Assembly: GCA_041577295.1 (NCBI GenBank)
Contig: JBFGJG010000001.1
Location: 96,001-160,000, forward strand
DNA from: Gemmatimonadales bacterium
GTDB lineage: Bacteria; Gemmatimonadota; Gemmatimonadetes; Gemmatimonadales; GWC2-71-9
Direction of reading: 5' to 3'
Length of the DNA stretch: 64,000 nucleotides
Below, piece by piece: positions 1 through 12,703 of the stretch. Position numbers and translations under genes: made by a program. Within the stretch, counting starts at the first letter, position 1. The number at the start of each line of letters is the position of its first letter. A model generated the notes under the pieces. It had not been told where the DNA came from, ran no database searches, and saw only the letters and a list, made by a program, of their open reading frames with translations.

Positions 1-476
1 GTGCTCCATGGCCGCCCGAACCAAATAGCATCCGGAATGATAGCAAAACTGTAGGCCAACCACGCTGTTGTGCCGGTGACACGGAACACGGTCAGGTACT
101 CGGCACCCGCTGACACCGTTCGACTGGCGAGGTACGCCACCACGACTCCGACCGCGAGATTATACACGAACGAGCCCGCCATCTTGCCGCCCATGGCAAT
201 CTGACCCGACGGCACGACCGTCACGTACGCGTTTGGCCCCTCCTCCGTCTTGCGCACGAAGTCGGGATCCTTCATGGCTGCCTGCGTCGCAGCGTATGGA
301 ATGGAGTATTGGCCGGGAGGGTGATTCTTCAGCGCGGAACGGGCAGCCGCCTCGTCCGAAACGGGCTTCCAATCGGACTTGTGGTGAGGCATGACCGTCC
401 AGACAAGGGCGCTGGCGATCCACACAAGAACCGAGGATAGCAGAATGGGGAGCCAGAGGGACCCGAGCGCGACCAT
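1..476 (-). CDS. Hypothetical membrane protein, runs off the window edge (absent from the ORF track)
   Basis: Manual translation from ATG at 476 (GGAGG RBS upstream): MVALGSLWLPILLSSVLVWIASALVWTVMPHHKSDW...IPDAIWFGRPWS; open to base 1, several hydrophobic segments. Confidence 0.8.
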   Translation of the reverse strand, partial: MVALGSLWLPILLSSVLVWIASALVWTVMPHHKSDWKPVSDEAAARSALKNHPPGQYSIPYAATQAAMKDPDFVRKTEEGPNAYVTVVPSGQIAMGGKMAGSFVYNLAVGVVVAYLASRTVSAGAEYLTVFRVTGTTAWLAYSFAIIPDAIWFGRPWS

Positions 477-529
477 CACAGCCTCCTCGTAAGGGGAGGC
501 TGATAAGGTACCCGTCGGACGCGGGCCGG

Positions 530-1456
530 CTAGAGCGTGACCTTCTCCATCGTTTGCCGCACGGCGTCTGCGGACTTGCGCAGTGCGACCTGCTCCTTGC
601 TGCTGAGTTCCACCTCGATGATCTGCTCCAGCCCGCGCACCCCGAGCTTGCACGGCACACCGAGATAAATGCCAGACATACCGTACTCGCCCTCGAGCCA
701 GGCTGCGCATGGAAGGATCCGCTTCTTGTCCCGCGCGATCGCTTCCGCCATCTGCGCTGAGGCAGAGGACGGGGCGTAGTACGCCGATCCCGTCTTGAGA
801 TAGCCAACGATCTCCGCACCGCCATTACGCGTGCGATCGACAATCTGGTCCAGCAATTTCCGCTCGATCAACTGGGTAACGGGAATCCCGGAGACGGTCG
901 TATAGGAGATCAGTGGAACCATCGTGTCACCGTGGCCGCCCAACACCATCGCTTGGATATCCTCGACTGACACGTCCATGGCTTCCGCAAGGAAGCTACG
1001 ATAGCGCGCGGTATCGAGGACACCCGCCATTCCGAGCACGCGCTCTCGGGGGAAACCGGTCACCTCCTTCATCACCCAGCACATGACGTCGAGCGGATTT
1101 GACACAACGATCACGATCGCGCCGGGACTCGTGGCCTTCACTTCCTGGGCCACCGATTTCACGATCTCGGCATTCGTCTTCACCAGATCGTCGCGACTCA
1201 TTCCCGGCTTCCGCGCAATTCCCGCGGTCACGATGACGAGCTCGCTTCCGGCCGAAGGAGCGTAGTCGTTCGTACCGACGATTCGCGTGTCAAACCCCTC
1301 GATCGGCGCCGATTCCCACTGGTCGAGTCCCTTCCCCTGGGGAATGCCCTCGACGATATCGATAAGCACCACCCGCCGCGCCAACTCCTTCTCGGCGACG
1401 CGCTGCGCGAGGGTCGCGCCAACGTTCCCAGCTCCAACGATCGTGATCTTGTTCAT
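530..1456 (-). CDS. mdh: Malate dehydrogenase (LDH-like)
   Basis: GAGNVG Rossmann motif, [20 protein letters not shown]. Confidence 0.95.
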   Translation of the reverse strand: MNKITIVGAGNVGATLAQRVAEKELARRVVLIDIVEGIPQGKGLDQWESAPIEGFDTRIVGTNDYAPSAGSELVIVTAGIARKPGMSRDDLVKTNAEIVKSVAQEVKATSPGAIVIVVSNPLDVMCWVMKEVTGFPRERVLGMAGVLDTARYRSFLAEAMDVSVEDIQAMVLGGHGDTMVPLISYTTVSGIPVTQLIERKLLDQIVDRTRNGGAEIVGYLKTGSAYYAPSSASAQMAEAIARDKKRILPCAAWLEGEYGMSGIYLGVPCKLGVRGLEQIIEVELSSKEQVALRKSADAVRQTMEKVTL

Positions 1457-1485
1457 GGGACTCCCTAGGCGATGAGTGTCTGCGA

Positions 1486-1977
1486 TTACTGAGCTGTCTG
1501 CTCGACGAACGTCTGACCGTCGAGCTCAATCCCTACCTGCCGCACCGCCTCGTACAACACAATGGCTGCCGCGGTGGCCAGGTTCAGGCTGCGGATTCCG
1601 GGCCGCATCGGCACGCGAAAGATTCGCTCAGGATACTTCTCGAGGATGCGGCTTGGCATCCCTTGCGTCTCGTTGCCGAACACCAAGACTGAGTTCGGCG
1701 CATACGGTGCGTCAAGAAATGAAATGGTGGCGTTCGCGGAGAAGTACAAGCAGCGGTCTCGCGAGACTGCCTCTCGAAACACGCGCCAATGTGGATGCAC
1801 CCAGCAGTCGACATGCTCCCAGTAGTCGAGGCCTGCGCGTTTCAGCTTCGCATCGTCGAGACTGAAGCCAAAGGGCTGAATGAGATGGAGTGCCGTGTCA
1901 CTGGCTGCGCACAGCCGGGCGATGTTGCCGGTGTTCGGGGCGATCTGTGGCTCGATGAGTGCGATTGCCAACCCCAT
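1486..1977 (-). CDS. trmL: tRNA (cytidine(34)-2'-O)-methyltransferase, SPOUT family
   Basis: [34 protein letters not shown]; start moved to MGLAIAL, coupled to the moaE stop. Confidence 0.92.
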   Translation of the reverse strand: MGLAIALIEPQIAPNTGNIARLCAASDTALHLIQPFGFSLDDAKLKRAGLDYWEHVDCWVHPHWRVFREAVSRDRCLYFSANATISFLDAPYAPNSVLVFGNETQGMPSRILEKYPERIFRVPMRPGIRSLNLATAAAIVLYEAVRQVGIELDGQTFVEQTAQ

Positions 1978-2441
1978 CAGCTGCCCCCGGGAGAAGGACC
2001 CCCACGGGCGCGAGGTGCGTTCGACGCGTTTTCCCGCCAGTGTGCGCTCCCGTCGTCGAACAGCTCCTTCTTCCACACGGGGAGGCGCTGCTTGGCCTCC
2101 TCAATCACGAAGCGACACGCCGCGAACGCCTCAGCACGGTGCGGAGCTGCGGCCGCGATGGCGATGCTGGGCTCGCCCACCGGGACAAGCCCGACGCGAT
2201 GCTGCGCGGCAAATCGGGCCTCTGGCCACCGACCGCTGGCCTCCTCGAGGATGCGCGCAAACTCGGCCTCCGCCATCTGTTCGTAGGCCGAATACTCGAT
2301 CGCGCGGACTGGACCGTCATCCGGTCCGCGCCGCACAGTTCCGAGGAATACCAACACCCCACCCCGCTCCTCGTCCGACACCGCCGCAATAAGCCTGGCG
2401 ACCTCGATCGGCTCCGGTGTCACGTACTCCACGTCAGTCAT
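1977..2441 (-). CDS. moaE: Molybdopterin synthase catalytic subunit
   Basis: FLGTVR, HRVGLVPVGE, PHRAEAF, PVWKKE. Confidence 0.93.
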   Translation of the reverse strand: MTDVEYVTPEPIEVARLIAAVSDEERGGVLVFLGTVRRGPDDGPVRAIEYSAYEQMAEAEFARILEEASGRWPEARFAAQHRVGLVPVGEPSIAIAAAAPHRAEAFAACRFVIEEAKQRLPVWKKELFDDGSAHWRENASNAPRARGGPSPGGS

Positions 2442-2695
2442 CCACCGGCCAGCGGCGGGAGCACAGCGAGCTCGTCACCATCACGCAAGGCAGTATCGAG
2501 AGACGCGTGTACCTGGTTCACGGCAACGAGGGGGCGTTCGGGTAGGAGATCCGCGCGGGACGCGCGGACCCTCAGGCCTGCAACCGCATCGCGAGCTGTC
2601 GCCCTCTCGGGAAGATCGATGACCAGTGTGTCGCGTCCAAATGCCTCTGCGTACCGGCCAAAGAGACGACACGTTACGGTGATCGCAGCTTTCAT
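2438..2695 (-). CDS. moaD: Molybdopterin synthase sulfur carrier subunit
   Basis: VAVNQ...DGDELAVLPPLAGG with C-terminal diglycine; start MKAAITV at 2695. Confidence 0.9.
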   Translation of the reverse strand: MKAAITVTCRLFGRYAEAFGRDTLVIDLPERATARDAVAGLRVRASRADLLPERPLVAVNQVHASLDTALRDGDELAVLPPLAGG

Positions 2696-2933
2696 ACGCC
2701 GGGGGAATATAGTCCGGGCTTTCGCGCGCGGCACCCGGGAACCGCCTGTCGCATCGTCACTTCCCGCGCTTAGCCCTGCAGCCGTGACGGGCCGGGCCAA
2801 GAATACGAGCCAGCCTGTCAACCTCGGTCAGCGGGCACCTTCCGCTGACCACGCTCGCACACACAGACGGGCGTTCGCTTGCCTGGTGGACGAGAAGCGG
2901 CTGGGGAATGCTATCTCTTGCTGGGGAACGCCT

Positions 2934-3266
2934 TTACTGGGGCTCTGGTACGACTCCCTCGCTCGCGCCCTCTTTGGCAGCGACCATCGCCCGGAGCTCC
3001 TTCGAGGGCTTGAACACGGGGACCGGCCTCGCAGCGACTTCGACCGGGTCGCCAGTCCGCGGGTTCCGCGCCATCCGCGTCTTCCGCATGCGGATCTTGA
3101 ACGTGCCGAACCCTCGGATCTCGATGTTGTTCTGATCCGCCAACGCCCCCTTCACGGCATCTAGGAAGGCATCGACTACCCGCGCGCAGTCTTTCTTCGA
3201 GATCATCGGACCGGCCGTGCGGGCGATGGAGGCCGTGACTTTCTCGACGAGATCCGCCTTGGTCAT
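2934..3266 (-). CDS. HU/IHF family DNA-binding protein
   Basis: MTKADLV, EIRGFGTF, ARNPRTG, PVFKPSKEL. Confidence 0.95.
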   Translation of the reverse strand: MTKADLVEKVTASIARTAGPMISKKDCARVVDAFLDAVKGALADQNNIEIRGFGTFKIRMRKTRMARNPRTGDPVEVAARPVPVFKPSKELRAMVAAKEGASEGVVPEPQ

Positions 3267-3347
3267 CCGTCCTCTCTACTGTGATCCTGAACGGGTGTTG
3301 GGCCTCCCGCGTAGCGGTGGGCCGGGCGGTCATAAATACCGGCTTAC

Positions 3348-4442
3348 CTATTGTGTGTCAAGGGCTTGGACGAACTCCGCGAAGTGGCCCCTGGCATCGT
3401 GGGGTCCCGGGGATGCCTCAGGGTGGTATTGAACGGCAAAAATCGGGAGTTCGCGATGGCGAAGTCCTTCCACCGTGTCGTCATTGAGGTTACGGTGCGT
3501 TACCTCCAGTTCTATGGCACCTGAGACCTCCTTACCGCTTCCCACTACAGCAAATCCGTGGTTCTGACTGGTGATGAGAACCCGTCCCGTGGCAAGGCCG
3601 CGCACCGGGTGGTTACCCCCACGATGGCCGTAGGGGAGCTTCGCCGTGCGGCCGCCGAAGGCGAGCGCCAGGAGTTGGTGACCGAGACAGATGCCCAACG
3701 TCGGCAGTCCCGTGCTGGCAAGCTCGCGAATCACAGGGATCACGTACTGGACGGCCGCCGGATCTCCCGGACCGTTCGACAAAAACAATCCCCCGGGTTG
3801 GAGTTCGCGGACCTCCGCTGCGCTGGTGCTGGCGGGTACGACCGTCACCCGACAGCCGAGCGAGTTCAGAATCCGCACAATGTTCCTTTTCATCCCAAAG
3901 TCGAACGCCACCACGTGATGCCGTGCCGACTCCGGGTTCTGCTCGTACCGGGTGTCAGTCGTCGCGCGAGACGCGAGGTCGAGCCCCTCCATCCGAGGGC
4001 TTTGGTCCAGCAGCCTCCGGATCTCGTCAGTCGGTTGAGTGCCTGACGCGATTATGCCGCGCATCGCCCCGACCGAGCGGATATGGCGGGCGAGTCGGCG
4101 AGTGTCGACACCTTCGACGACGGGTATCTCGTTTGCCGAGAGCCACTCCCCAAGGCTACCGGTGGCGCGCCAGTTGGAATGTTGACGCGCCAGCTCTCGC
4201 ACGACTACGCCCGTAACCTGGGCGCGACCAGACTCAAGATCCTCCTGATTGATCCCGTAGTTCCCGATCATCGGGGCGGTCATCACGACGATCTGGCCGA
4301 GGTAGGACGGATCGGTGAAGACCTCCTGGTATCCGCTGAGATTGGTCGTGAATACGACCTCTCCGGGTGTTGGGGACACGGCGCCGGCAGTGGTCCCGGA
4401 GAACCACGTGCCGTCTTCGAGGAGGATATACGCCAGGTGCAG
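3348..4442 (-). CDS. carA: Carbamoyl-phosphate synthase small subunit (probable CTG start)
   Basis: [33 protein letters not shown]; conserved [12 protein letters not shown] lies in frame upstream of the ORF-track start. Confidence 0.93.
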   Translation of the reverse strand: MHLAYILLEDGTWFSGTTAGAVSPTPGEVVFTTNLSGYQEVFTDPSYLGQIVVMTAPMIGNYGINQEDLESGRAQVTGVVVRELARQHSNWRATGSLGEWLSANEIPVVEGVDTRRLARHIRSVGAMRGIIASGTQPTDEIRRLLDQSPRMEGLDLASRATTDTRYEQNPESARHHVVAFDFGMKRNIVRILNSLGCRVTVVPASTSAAEVRELQPGGLFLSNGPGDPAAVQYVIPVIRELASTGLPTLGICLGHQLLALAFGGRTAKLPYGHRGGNHPVRGLATGRVLITSQNHGFAVVGSGKEVSGAIELEVTHRNLNDDTVEGLRHRELPIFAVQYHPEASPGPHDARGHFAEFVQALDTQ

Positions 4443-4455
4443 CTCGGTTCGCTCC

Positions 4456-4809
4456 CTAGGGTTGCGGGGGTGGCTGACTCGGCTCCTCGGTTGGGAGGTC
4501 CAACGGGAGCTGTGCGGGTGGTGCGACCGGCGTCGGGGCTACCGGGGCCGTCTCGAGGACCGATTGCGGTGTGGAGCCTCTGGCGCTGAGCCCGGCCAAT
4601 ACCAGCGAGAGAGTCAAGAAGATGCCACCCAGCCACCAGGAGGATTTCGTGAGGATGGTGACGGCTTGACGACCACCAAGAAACGTGTCGGTGGACGCCC
4701 CGCCTCCCATTGCCGCGAGCCCGCCCCCGGTACCCGCCTGCAGCAAAACCACCACCATGAGCAGCACCGAAATAATCAGGAGAATCGCGATCAGAATTCC
4801 GTAAATCAT
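4456..4809 (-). CDS. secG: Preprotein translocase subunit SecG
   Basis: Two TM helices, VLLQ-x-G-x-GGGL, follows tpiA. Confidence 0.92.
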   Translation of the reverse strand: MIYGILIAILLIISVLLMVVVLLQAGTGGGLAAMGGGASTDTFLGGRQAVTILTKSSWWLGGIFLTLSLVLAGLSARGSTPQSVLETAPVAPTPVAPPAQLPLDLPTEEPSQPPPQP

Positions 4810-4894
4810 CAGCTTCTCTTTCGATCCGTCTTCAGCGACCTAATAGAAAACACCTACGTCTGACAAAGCAAGTGATGTAAGGTTGCCCGATCGA

Positions 4895-5643
4895 TCAGTC
4901 GATTGGCGTGTGAACGATGGCCGTCCACGACGCGGGGTCGAGCGACGCCCCACCCACCAGCACGCCATCGATCTCGGGTTCTGCAACGAGATCATGGACG
5001 TTATCCGGTTTGACGCTTCCCCCATAGAGGATACGGGCATCCCGCGTGCCGACACCCCGCTCGACCAACCAGCGCCGGATGTGTTGGTGTACTTCGGCAG
5101 CGTCCGCAGGCGTGGCAGTTCGCCCGGTGCCGATCGCCCAGACCGGCTCATACGCGATGGACACTTCGTGAAGCTGCGCGGCGACGAGTCCGTTGAGGGC
5201 TGCGAGCTGTCGCTCGATGACTGACAGCGTGTCGCCGGCGTCGCGCTGCTGAATGGTCTCCCCGACGCAAAAGAGGGGTGTCATATCCGCCGCCAGGAGC
5301 GCGCGCGCTTTCCGCCCGGTCTCCTCGTCGGTTTCGCCAAACACGTGTCGGCGCTCGGAGTGCCCGACCAGCGCGAGCTGGGCTCCGGCTTCTTGCGCCA
5401 TCGCGATGCTCAGCTCTCCGGTAAACGCGCCTTTGGGTTCCCAATGTACGTTTTGCGCGCCAACCCGGACCTCGCGGCGGTCGCGCACGCCGTCGGCGAT
5501 CGCTTCTAGGGCCACGGCGCTCGGGAAGAACCACACCTCACGATCCGGTCGTGGACGGTAGCGTCGCAGAAACGCCTTGAGAAACTCGCGCCCCGCCTGC
5601 GGACCGAGATGCATCTTCCAGTTTGCCGCAAAGATCAAGCGCT

Positions 5644-5647
<4 letters not shown>
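4895..5647 (-). CDS. tpiA: Triosephosphate isomerase
   Basis: ANWKM, GHSERR, AYEPVWAIGTG, YGGSV. Confidence 0.97.
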
Positions 5648-7895
<2,248 letters not shown>

Positions 7896-8693
7896 TCATT
7901 CGGCAAGCGCGCGGAGGTCAAACGGGAGCGCGCGAGCGAACGTCACCGCAGCGATCGGGACGTCGCATGCGCGTCGGACAGCGCTGGCCGCGGCAGCGAT
8001 CGTGGCCCCGGTGGTCAGCACATCGTCCACCAATATAATCGTGGCCGTCGTCCATCCCTGTCCCGGTATCACACCGCCGTAATGGGGCGGTTTCACCGCG
8101 TTGGGACGCCAGGTAGGAGAAGACGCGGAACGGTCTGAAACGACGAACGCGCCATCCACGTTCGCCGCCCGCTCCTCGGGCGTAAGCTCAATTTGCGACG
8201 TCGCCTCACGGCGACGGCGGAGGAACTGATCGAGGACCGGTATGCACCATCGGGCGCCGAGCGCGCGGGCAATGAGGGCTGCCTGATTGTATCCGCGGCT
8301 GCGAAGTCGGCGTGCGGTCAGCGGGATCGGGACCAACCCCGCGGCGCGAGGGGGGCGCGATATGGATCGGACGATCCGCTGTGCCGCCAGCTCCGCCAAG
8401 TGCGCGTATCCGTTGTATTTCAAGTGATGCACCAGCACCCGGGCAGGCCCCTGGTGCCAGACTGCGCTGTGCGCATGCCCAAGCGCCTGCGGCCAACGCG
8501 CGCAGAAACGACAAGGACCGACTGGCGGGAGTGGGTGACGGCATCGTTTGCATCCAGGGGACAAGCCATTCATGCGACTCCGGCAGACACCACAGATCAG
8601 CCCATCCGGGTTGCCGCACTCGATCAAATCGTCGCAGGAGAGGCACGCGTTTGGAAGGACCAGCCGCTCCAGGTCTCGTAGAATTTGAATCAC
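7896..8693 (-). CDS. comF: ComF family protein (double zinc ribbon + phosphoribosyltransferase)
   Basis: Four CxxC pairs, RGYNQA, LVDDVLTTGAT; GTG start overlaps the aroE stop. Confidence 0.88.
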   Translation of the reverse strand: MIQILRDLERLVLPNACLSCDDLIECGNPDGLICGVCRSRMNGLSPGCKRCRHPLPPVGPCRFCARWPQALGHAHSAVWHQGPARVLVHHLKYNGYAHLAELAAQRIVRSISRPPRAAGLVPIPLTARRLRSRGYNQAALIARALGARWCIPVLDQFLRRRREATSQIELTPEERAANVDGAFVVSDRSASSPTWRPNAVKPPHYGGVIPGQGWTTATIILVDDVLTTGATIAAAASAVRRACDVPIAAVTFARALPFDLRALAE

Positions 8694-9505
8694 TCTCCCA
8701 GCGCGCGCTCCACCGCTGCGGCCATGACCTCGCGCGGCGCTACCGTGTTTGGAAAGAAGCGCTCGAAGGCGCGGGCCCCTTGCGCCACGAGCATCGTTCG
8801 CCCATCCGAGGCGCGGATTCCGCGCTTGCGGTTCTTGCGAACCCACTGGGTTTCTCCGGGAGCGTAGACCAAATCGAGTGCAGCCCGGCATCCATCCAGA
8901 CGGGCGGCGGGTGCTGGGAGCGCATCGTCGGGCTGGAGACCCAGCGGGGTGGCGTTGATGGCGGTACCGACCGCCGCCCCATCGTCCACCTCGGCATCGA
9001 CTCCGAGACTCCCAGCCCATTCGACAAAGGCCTCCGCACGGTCAGCGCCTCGAGACAGGACTTTGAGCCGTACCCCACGTTCCCGTGCCCCGGCTGCCAC
9101 CGCGCGCGCGGCGCCCCCGGTGCCGATGACGAGCCAGGGACCTTCGGCATCGAGTCGATCGAGCGCGTCCAATAGACCCGGTACGTCGGTATTGTCGCCC
9201 AGCAGTCGCCCCCCCTCCGGCCAGAACGTGTTGACCGCACCAAGCTCCTTCGCCACGGGGGTAAGCCGGATGAGCAGATTGGCCACAGCGACCTTGTGCG
9301 GAACGGTGACGTTGCCAGCGATTCCCAGAGCTTCGAACGCCCGGATGACGTGTGGAATGGAACCGGCGTCGGGTTGCAGCGCGACGTACACAGCGTCCAG
9401 TCCCAAGGCTCGAATCGCCGCATTGTGCATCGTCGGCGAGAGCGAATGGACGACTGGATCGCCGAGAACGGCGAGCAGTCTAGTGGTCCCGCTGATGGGC
9501 GTCAC
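8690..9505 (-). CDS. aroE: Shikimate dehydrogenase
   Basis: GDPVVHSLSPTMHN, NVTVPHK, GAVNT, NTD, GTGGAARA. Confidence 0.93.
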   Translation of the reverse strand: MTPISGTTRLLAVLGDPVVHSLSPTMHNAAIRALGLDAVYVALQPDAGSIPHVIRAFEALGIAGNVTVPHKVAVANLLIRLTPVAKELGAVNTFWPEGGRLLGDNTDVPGLLDALDRLDAEGPWLVIGTGGAARAVAAGARERGVRLKVLSRGADRAEAFVEWAGSLGVDAEVDDGAAVGTAINATPLGLQPDDALPAPAARLDGCRAALDLVYAPGETQWVRKNRKRGIRASDGRTMLVAQGARAFERFFPNTVAPREVMAAAVERALGE

Positions 9506-9959
9506 GGAGTTCCGACACGAGACGGTCGACCGCGACCCGCACCAGCTCGTCGAGCTCCTCGTACGTTTCGCGGTATACGTCGAGATCGCTCCCAAATGGA
9601 TCGCTCACTTCTGCGTCCCCACTGGAGCGGCCGGCGTATTCACCGAGCAGAAAGACCTTCCCCCGCCCTCCCAACTCTTCCACCCGTGCACGGTGATGGC
9701 GTGCCATGGTCAGAATGACGGCGGACGCCCGCACGATCTCCTTTGTCAGCAGTCGCGCGCGATGACGGGAGAGATCCAAACCGTGCTCTAAGGCAACCAG
9801 GTAGGCACCTTCGGACGCGGGCGTTCCCTCCCACGCACCAGTCCCTGCCGAGGTCACGATGACCCCGCCGATCTCGCGCGTCTCGAGTTCACGTTGCATC
9901 AGCCCCTCCGCGAGCGGGCTGCGGCAGATATTTCCCGTACAGACGAGCAGGACCTCCAT
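9480..9959 (-). CDS. Low-molecular-weight protein arginine/tyrosine phosphatase (YwlE-like)
   Basis: VCTGNICRSPLAE P-loop, DPFG. Confidence 0.9.
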   Translation of the reverse strand: MEVLLVCTGNICRSPLAEGLMQRELETREIGGVIVTSAGTGAWEGTPASEGAYLVALEHGLDLSRHRARLLTKEIVRASAVILTMARHHRARVEELGGRGKVFLLGEYAGRSSGDAEVSDPFGSDLDVYRETYEELDELVRVAVDRLVSELRDAHQRDH

Positions 9960-10612
9960 CAGGGGGCAAAGCTCCCAACGCGGGCGCGCAGCTCAGCTCT
10001 CGGGATCGCCCCGACACGGACGAGCCGGGCCACCGGTCCCGTGCAATCGACCAAGGTCGATGGGGGCACGTTGCCCAGCACGCCTCCATCCAAGATCAAG
10101 ATCTCACCTCGCTCGACCTCCGCGCGAAATATCTCGCCGATGGCTGCAGCACCGGGTGCGGTCGGACCGCGTGGGCGATTGGCTGAGGTCGACGTGATCG
10201 GGTATTGCAGTATTTCAATCAGCTGGCTCATCTCCAGGTGCGACGTCCACCGAACCGCAATTCCCCCTTCGGAGCCACGCAGGGCATCGGGTAACTTCCC
10301 CTCACCACCGGCGAGCACGAGCGTGAGGGGGCCGGGCCAAAACTGCGCCACCATCGCCTCGGCTGCTGGCGTGAACACGAGCCCATACGCTTCCGCCATT
10401 CGGCGGTTCGAGATGAGAAGAAGAAACGGCTTCCCCACGGGCCTGGCTTTGATCCGCGATAGGGTCGCGACATCCTCTTCTATCGGGCGCGATCCGAGAC
10501 CGTAAACGGTTTCGGTTGGGTAGGCGATGATCCCCCCGGCAGCGAGGTGCTCGGCCACTCGTGGCGCCGCTGCACGCACTGCATCGGGGCCATGGAATGG
10601 AAGAGCCGTCAA
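9959..10612 (-). CDS. tsaC: L-threonylcarbamoyladenylate synthase (YrdC/Sua5 family)
   Basis: YPTETVYGLG, FWPGPLTLV, STSAN, PSTLVD. Confidence 0.92.
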   Translation of the reverse strand: MTALPFHGPDAVRAAAPRVAEHLAAGGIIAYPTETVYGLGSRPIEEDVATLSRIKARPVGKPFLLLISNRRMAEAYGLVFTPAAEAMVAQFWPGPLTLVLAGGEGKLPDALRGSEGGIAVRWTSHLEMSQLIEILQYPITSTSANRPRGPTAPGAAAIGEIFRAEVERGEILILDGGVLGNVPPSTLVDCTGPVARLVRVGAIPRAELRARVGSFAP

Positions 10613-11307
10613 CGCGACGCCAGTGCCTCAGCCAGATGGAAGTCTTCTGGCGTTGTGATCTTGATGTTGGTAGGGCGATCTGGAACTAGCTCTACGACAT
10701 ATCCGGCGGCCTCCACGAGGGCGGATTCGTCCGTCGCACCTCCACCCAACGCACTGTCTCCTGCCTTCGCGAATGCGTCTTCCAGGATCTCGCGCGGAAA
10801 GCCCTGCGGCGTGTGTGCCTGCCATACGCCGCGCCGATCTACCGTTTCCGTCACGCGCGCACCATCCGCCCGCTTGAGCGTGTCCTGCACCGCCACACCA
10901 GGCACGGCTCCTACGCCACGACTTGCGACCCCGATCACTGCATCGATCGTGTCTTGGGACACGAAGGGTCGCGCCGCATCGTGGACGAGCACGACGGTAC
11001 ACGACGGATCGAGCGCGCGCAACGCCGCCCGCACAGAAAGCGCCCTCGTGTCCCCACCTGCGACGAGCCGCAGCCGGCCATTCGACACGGGCGCGAGCCA
11101 CTGTGGTGGCTTGTCCACGAACACCGACGGCAGTGCCACCACGATATCCCGCACAAGACGATGCTGCGCAAAGGGTCGGATTGACCGCAGCAACATTGGG
11201 ATCCCGCCAATCGGCCGGAACTGCTTCGGATCGCCCGGACCCACCCGCTCGCTGCGGCCGGCCGCGGCGATGATGATACCGACCACCGGCCCGCTCTCAG
11301 AAACCAC
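10609..11307 (-). CDS. ispD: 2-C-methyl-D-erythritol 4-phosphate cytidylyltransferase
   Basis: AAGRSER, PKQF, VHDAARP, TPQGF, NIKITT. Confidence 0.93.
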   Translation of the reverse strand: MVSESGPVVGIIIAAAGRSERVGPGDPKQFRPIGGIPMLLRSIRPFAQHRLVRDIVVALPSVFVDKPPQWLAPVSNGRLRLVAGGDTRALSVRAALRALDPSCTVVLVHDAARPFVSQDTIDAVIGVASRGVGAVPGVAVQDTLKRADGARVTETVDRRGVWQAHTPQGFPREILEDAFAKAGDSALGGGATDESALVEAAGYVVELVPDRPTNIKITTPEDFHLAEALASR

Positions 11308-12703
11308 CGGAGTCCTCGGGTGCGCGGTCAGTGTAGTTGTCGAACCGCGTGTACTGCTTGTGAAACGCGAGCTTGATGGTGCCGGTGGGCCCGTTGCGGT
11401 GTTTGGCGAGTATCACCTCTGCGAGACCTTCTTGAGCAGAGTCGCTGCGCTCGAGGAGGCCGGGATACATCTCCGCACGGTAGATAAACATCACCAGATC
11501 GGCGTCCTGTTCGATCGCGCCGGAGTCTCGCAAATCGGAGAGGAGTGGTCTGCGGTCTCCCCCCCGTTGCTCGGGAGCGCGGGAGAGCTGAGACAGCGCA
11601 ACGACCGGGGTCTCGAGCTCGCGGGCGAGTGCTTTGAGCGATCGGGAAATGAAGCTGATCTCTTCTTGGCGACTTTCGGTCCGGGGGCCGCGCAGTAGCT
11701 GGAGGTAGTCGACCACGAATAATCCGACATCGTGCTCCGCCTTCATCCGACGAGCCTTTGAGCGAAGCTCGAGCAGTGTGAGCGCGGGGGTGTCATCGAT
11801 CCATATCGGAGCGGTCCCGAGCAGCCCCGCGGCCCGGGACATTTTGGGGTAGTCGTCATCACGCAACCGGCCACTCCGCAGCCGGCTCAGATCTACGAAA
11901 CTCTCGGCCGCGAGCAGTCGCTCGACCAGCTGATCGCGTGACATCTCTAGCGAAAATATGGCCGTCGGCACCTTGGACTCGAGTGCGGAATTCGCTGCGA
12001 CGTTGAGGCAGAACGCGGTTTTGCCCATGGAGGGCCGTGCTGCGACGATGATCAGATCGCTGCGCTGAAAACCGTTGGTCATCTGATCCAAATCTACGTA
12101 TCCGCTGGGAATCCCACGGACCGATTCATCGCCGCGGTGGCGCGCTTCAATGCGCTCCATCGTCTTCCACATCAGCTCCTTGATGCGGACGACCTCTTGG
12201 GTGCCGCGCTGGAAGGACACCTCGAACATGCGCTGCTCGGCGGTGTCGATCAGCGTATCGACGTCCACCCGACCCTCGTATGCCGACTGTACGATGTCCG
12301 TACCCGCCTCGATCAAACGGCGGAGCAGCGCCTTTTCCCGAACGATCCGGCAGTGATACTCGATGTTGGCAGACGTTGGCACGACACCAAGCAGTTCGCC
12401 GATGTAGTCGGTTCCCCCGACTCCCTCGAGATCACCGCGTTGACGCAGGAGGTCTCGCAGGATGACGGGATCGACCGCGTCCCCACGATCCACCAGCACC
12501 GCGATGGCCCGGAACAAACGGCGGTGCGCGTCGCGATAGAACGCTCCATCCTCCAGCAACTCCACGGCCTTCAGTGCCGCGTCCTGGTCCAGCAGGGTGG
12601 CTCCCAAGACCGCTTGCTCGGCCTCGAGGCTCCAGGGAACCTGACGGGTGGTCTGGCCGTCAGTCTCGCTGGTCAAGGAGCTGGCGGGCGATACGGACGT
12701 CAT
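11297..12703 (-). CDS. dnaB: Replicative DNA helicase
   Basis: AARPSMGKT, FSLEMS, VDYLQL, LSQLSR, SGAIEQDAD; no intein. Confidence 0.97.
   Translation of the reverse strand: MTSVSPASSLTSETDGQTTRQVPWSLEAEQAVLGATLLDQDAALKAVELLEDGAFYRDAHRRLFRAIAVLVDRGDAVDPVILRDLLRQRGDLEGVGGTDYIGELLGVVPTSANIEYHCRIVREKALLRRLIEAGTDIVQSAYEGRVDVDTLIDTAEQRMFEVSFQRGTQEVVRIKELMWKTMERIEARHRGDESVRGIPSGYVDLDQMTNGFQRSDLIIVAARPSMGKTAFCLNVAANSALESKVPTAIFSLEMSRDQLVERLLAAESFVDLSRLRSGRLRDDDYPKMSRAAGLLGTAPIWIDDTPALTLLELRSKARRMKAEHDVGLFVVDYLQLLRGPRTESRQEEISFISRSLKALARELETPVVALSQLSRAPEQRGGDRRPLLSDLRDSGAIEQDADLVMFIYRAEMYPGLLERSDSAQEGLAEVILAKHRNGPTGTIKLAFHKQYTRFDNYTDRAPEDSGGF

Noticed and set aside
2696..2933. Possible Moco riboswitch or SRP RNA upstream of moaD (hairpin GGTCAGCGG/CCGCTGACC; CTGGGGAA repeated 20 bp apart)
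   Set aside because: No Moco or SRP consensus recognised, and a -10 box sits only 10 nt before the moaD ATG, so the hairpin is probably outside the moaD leader.
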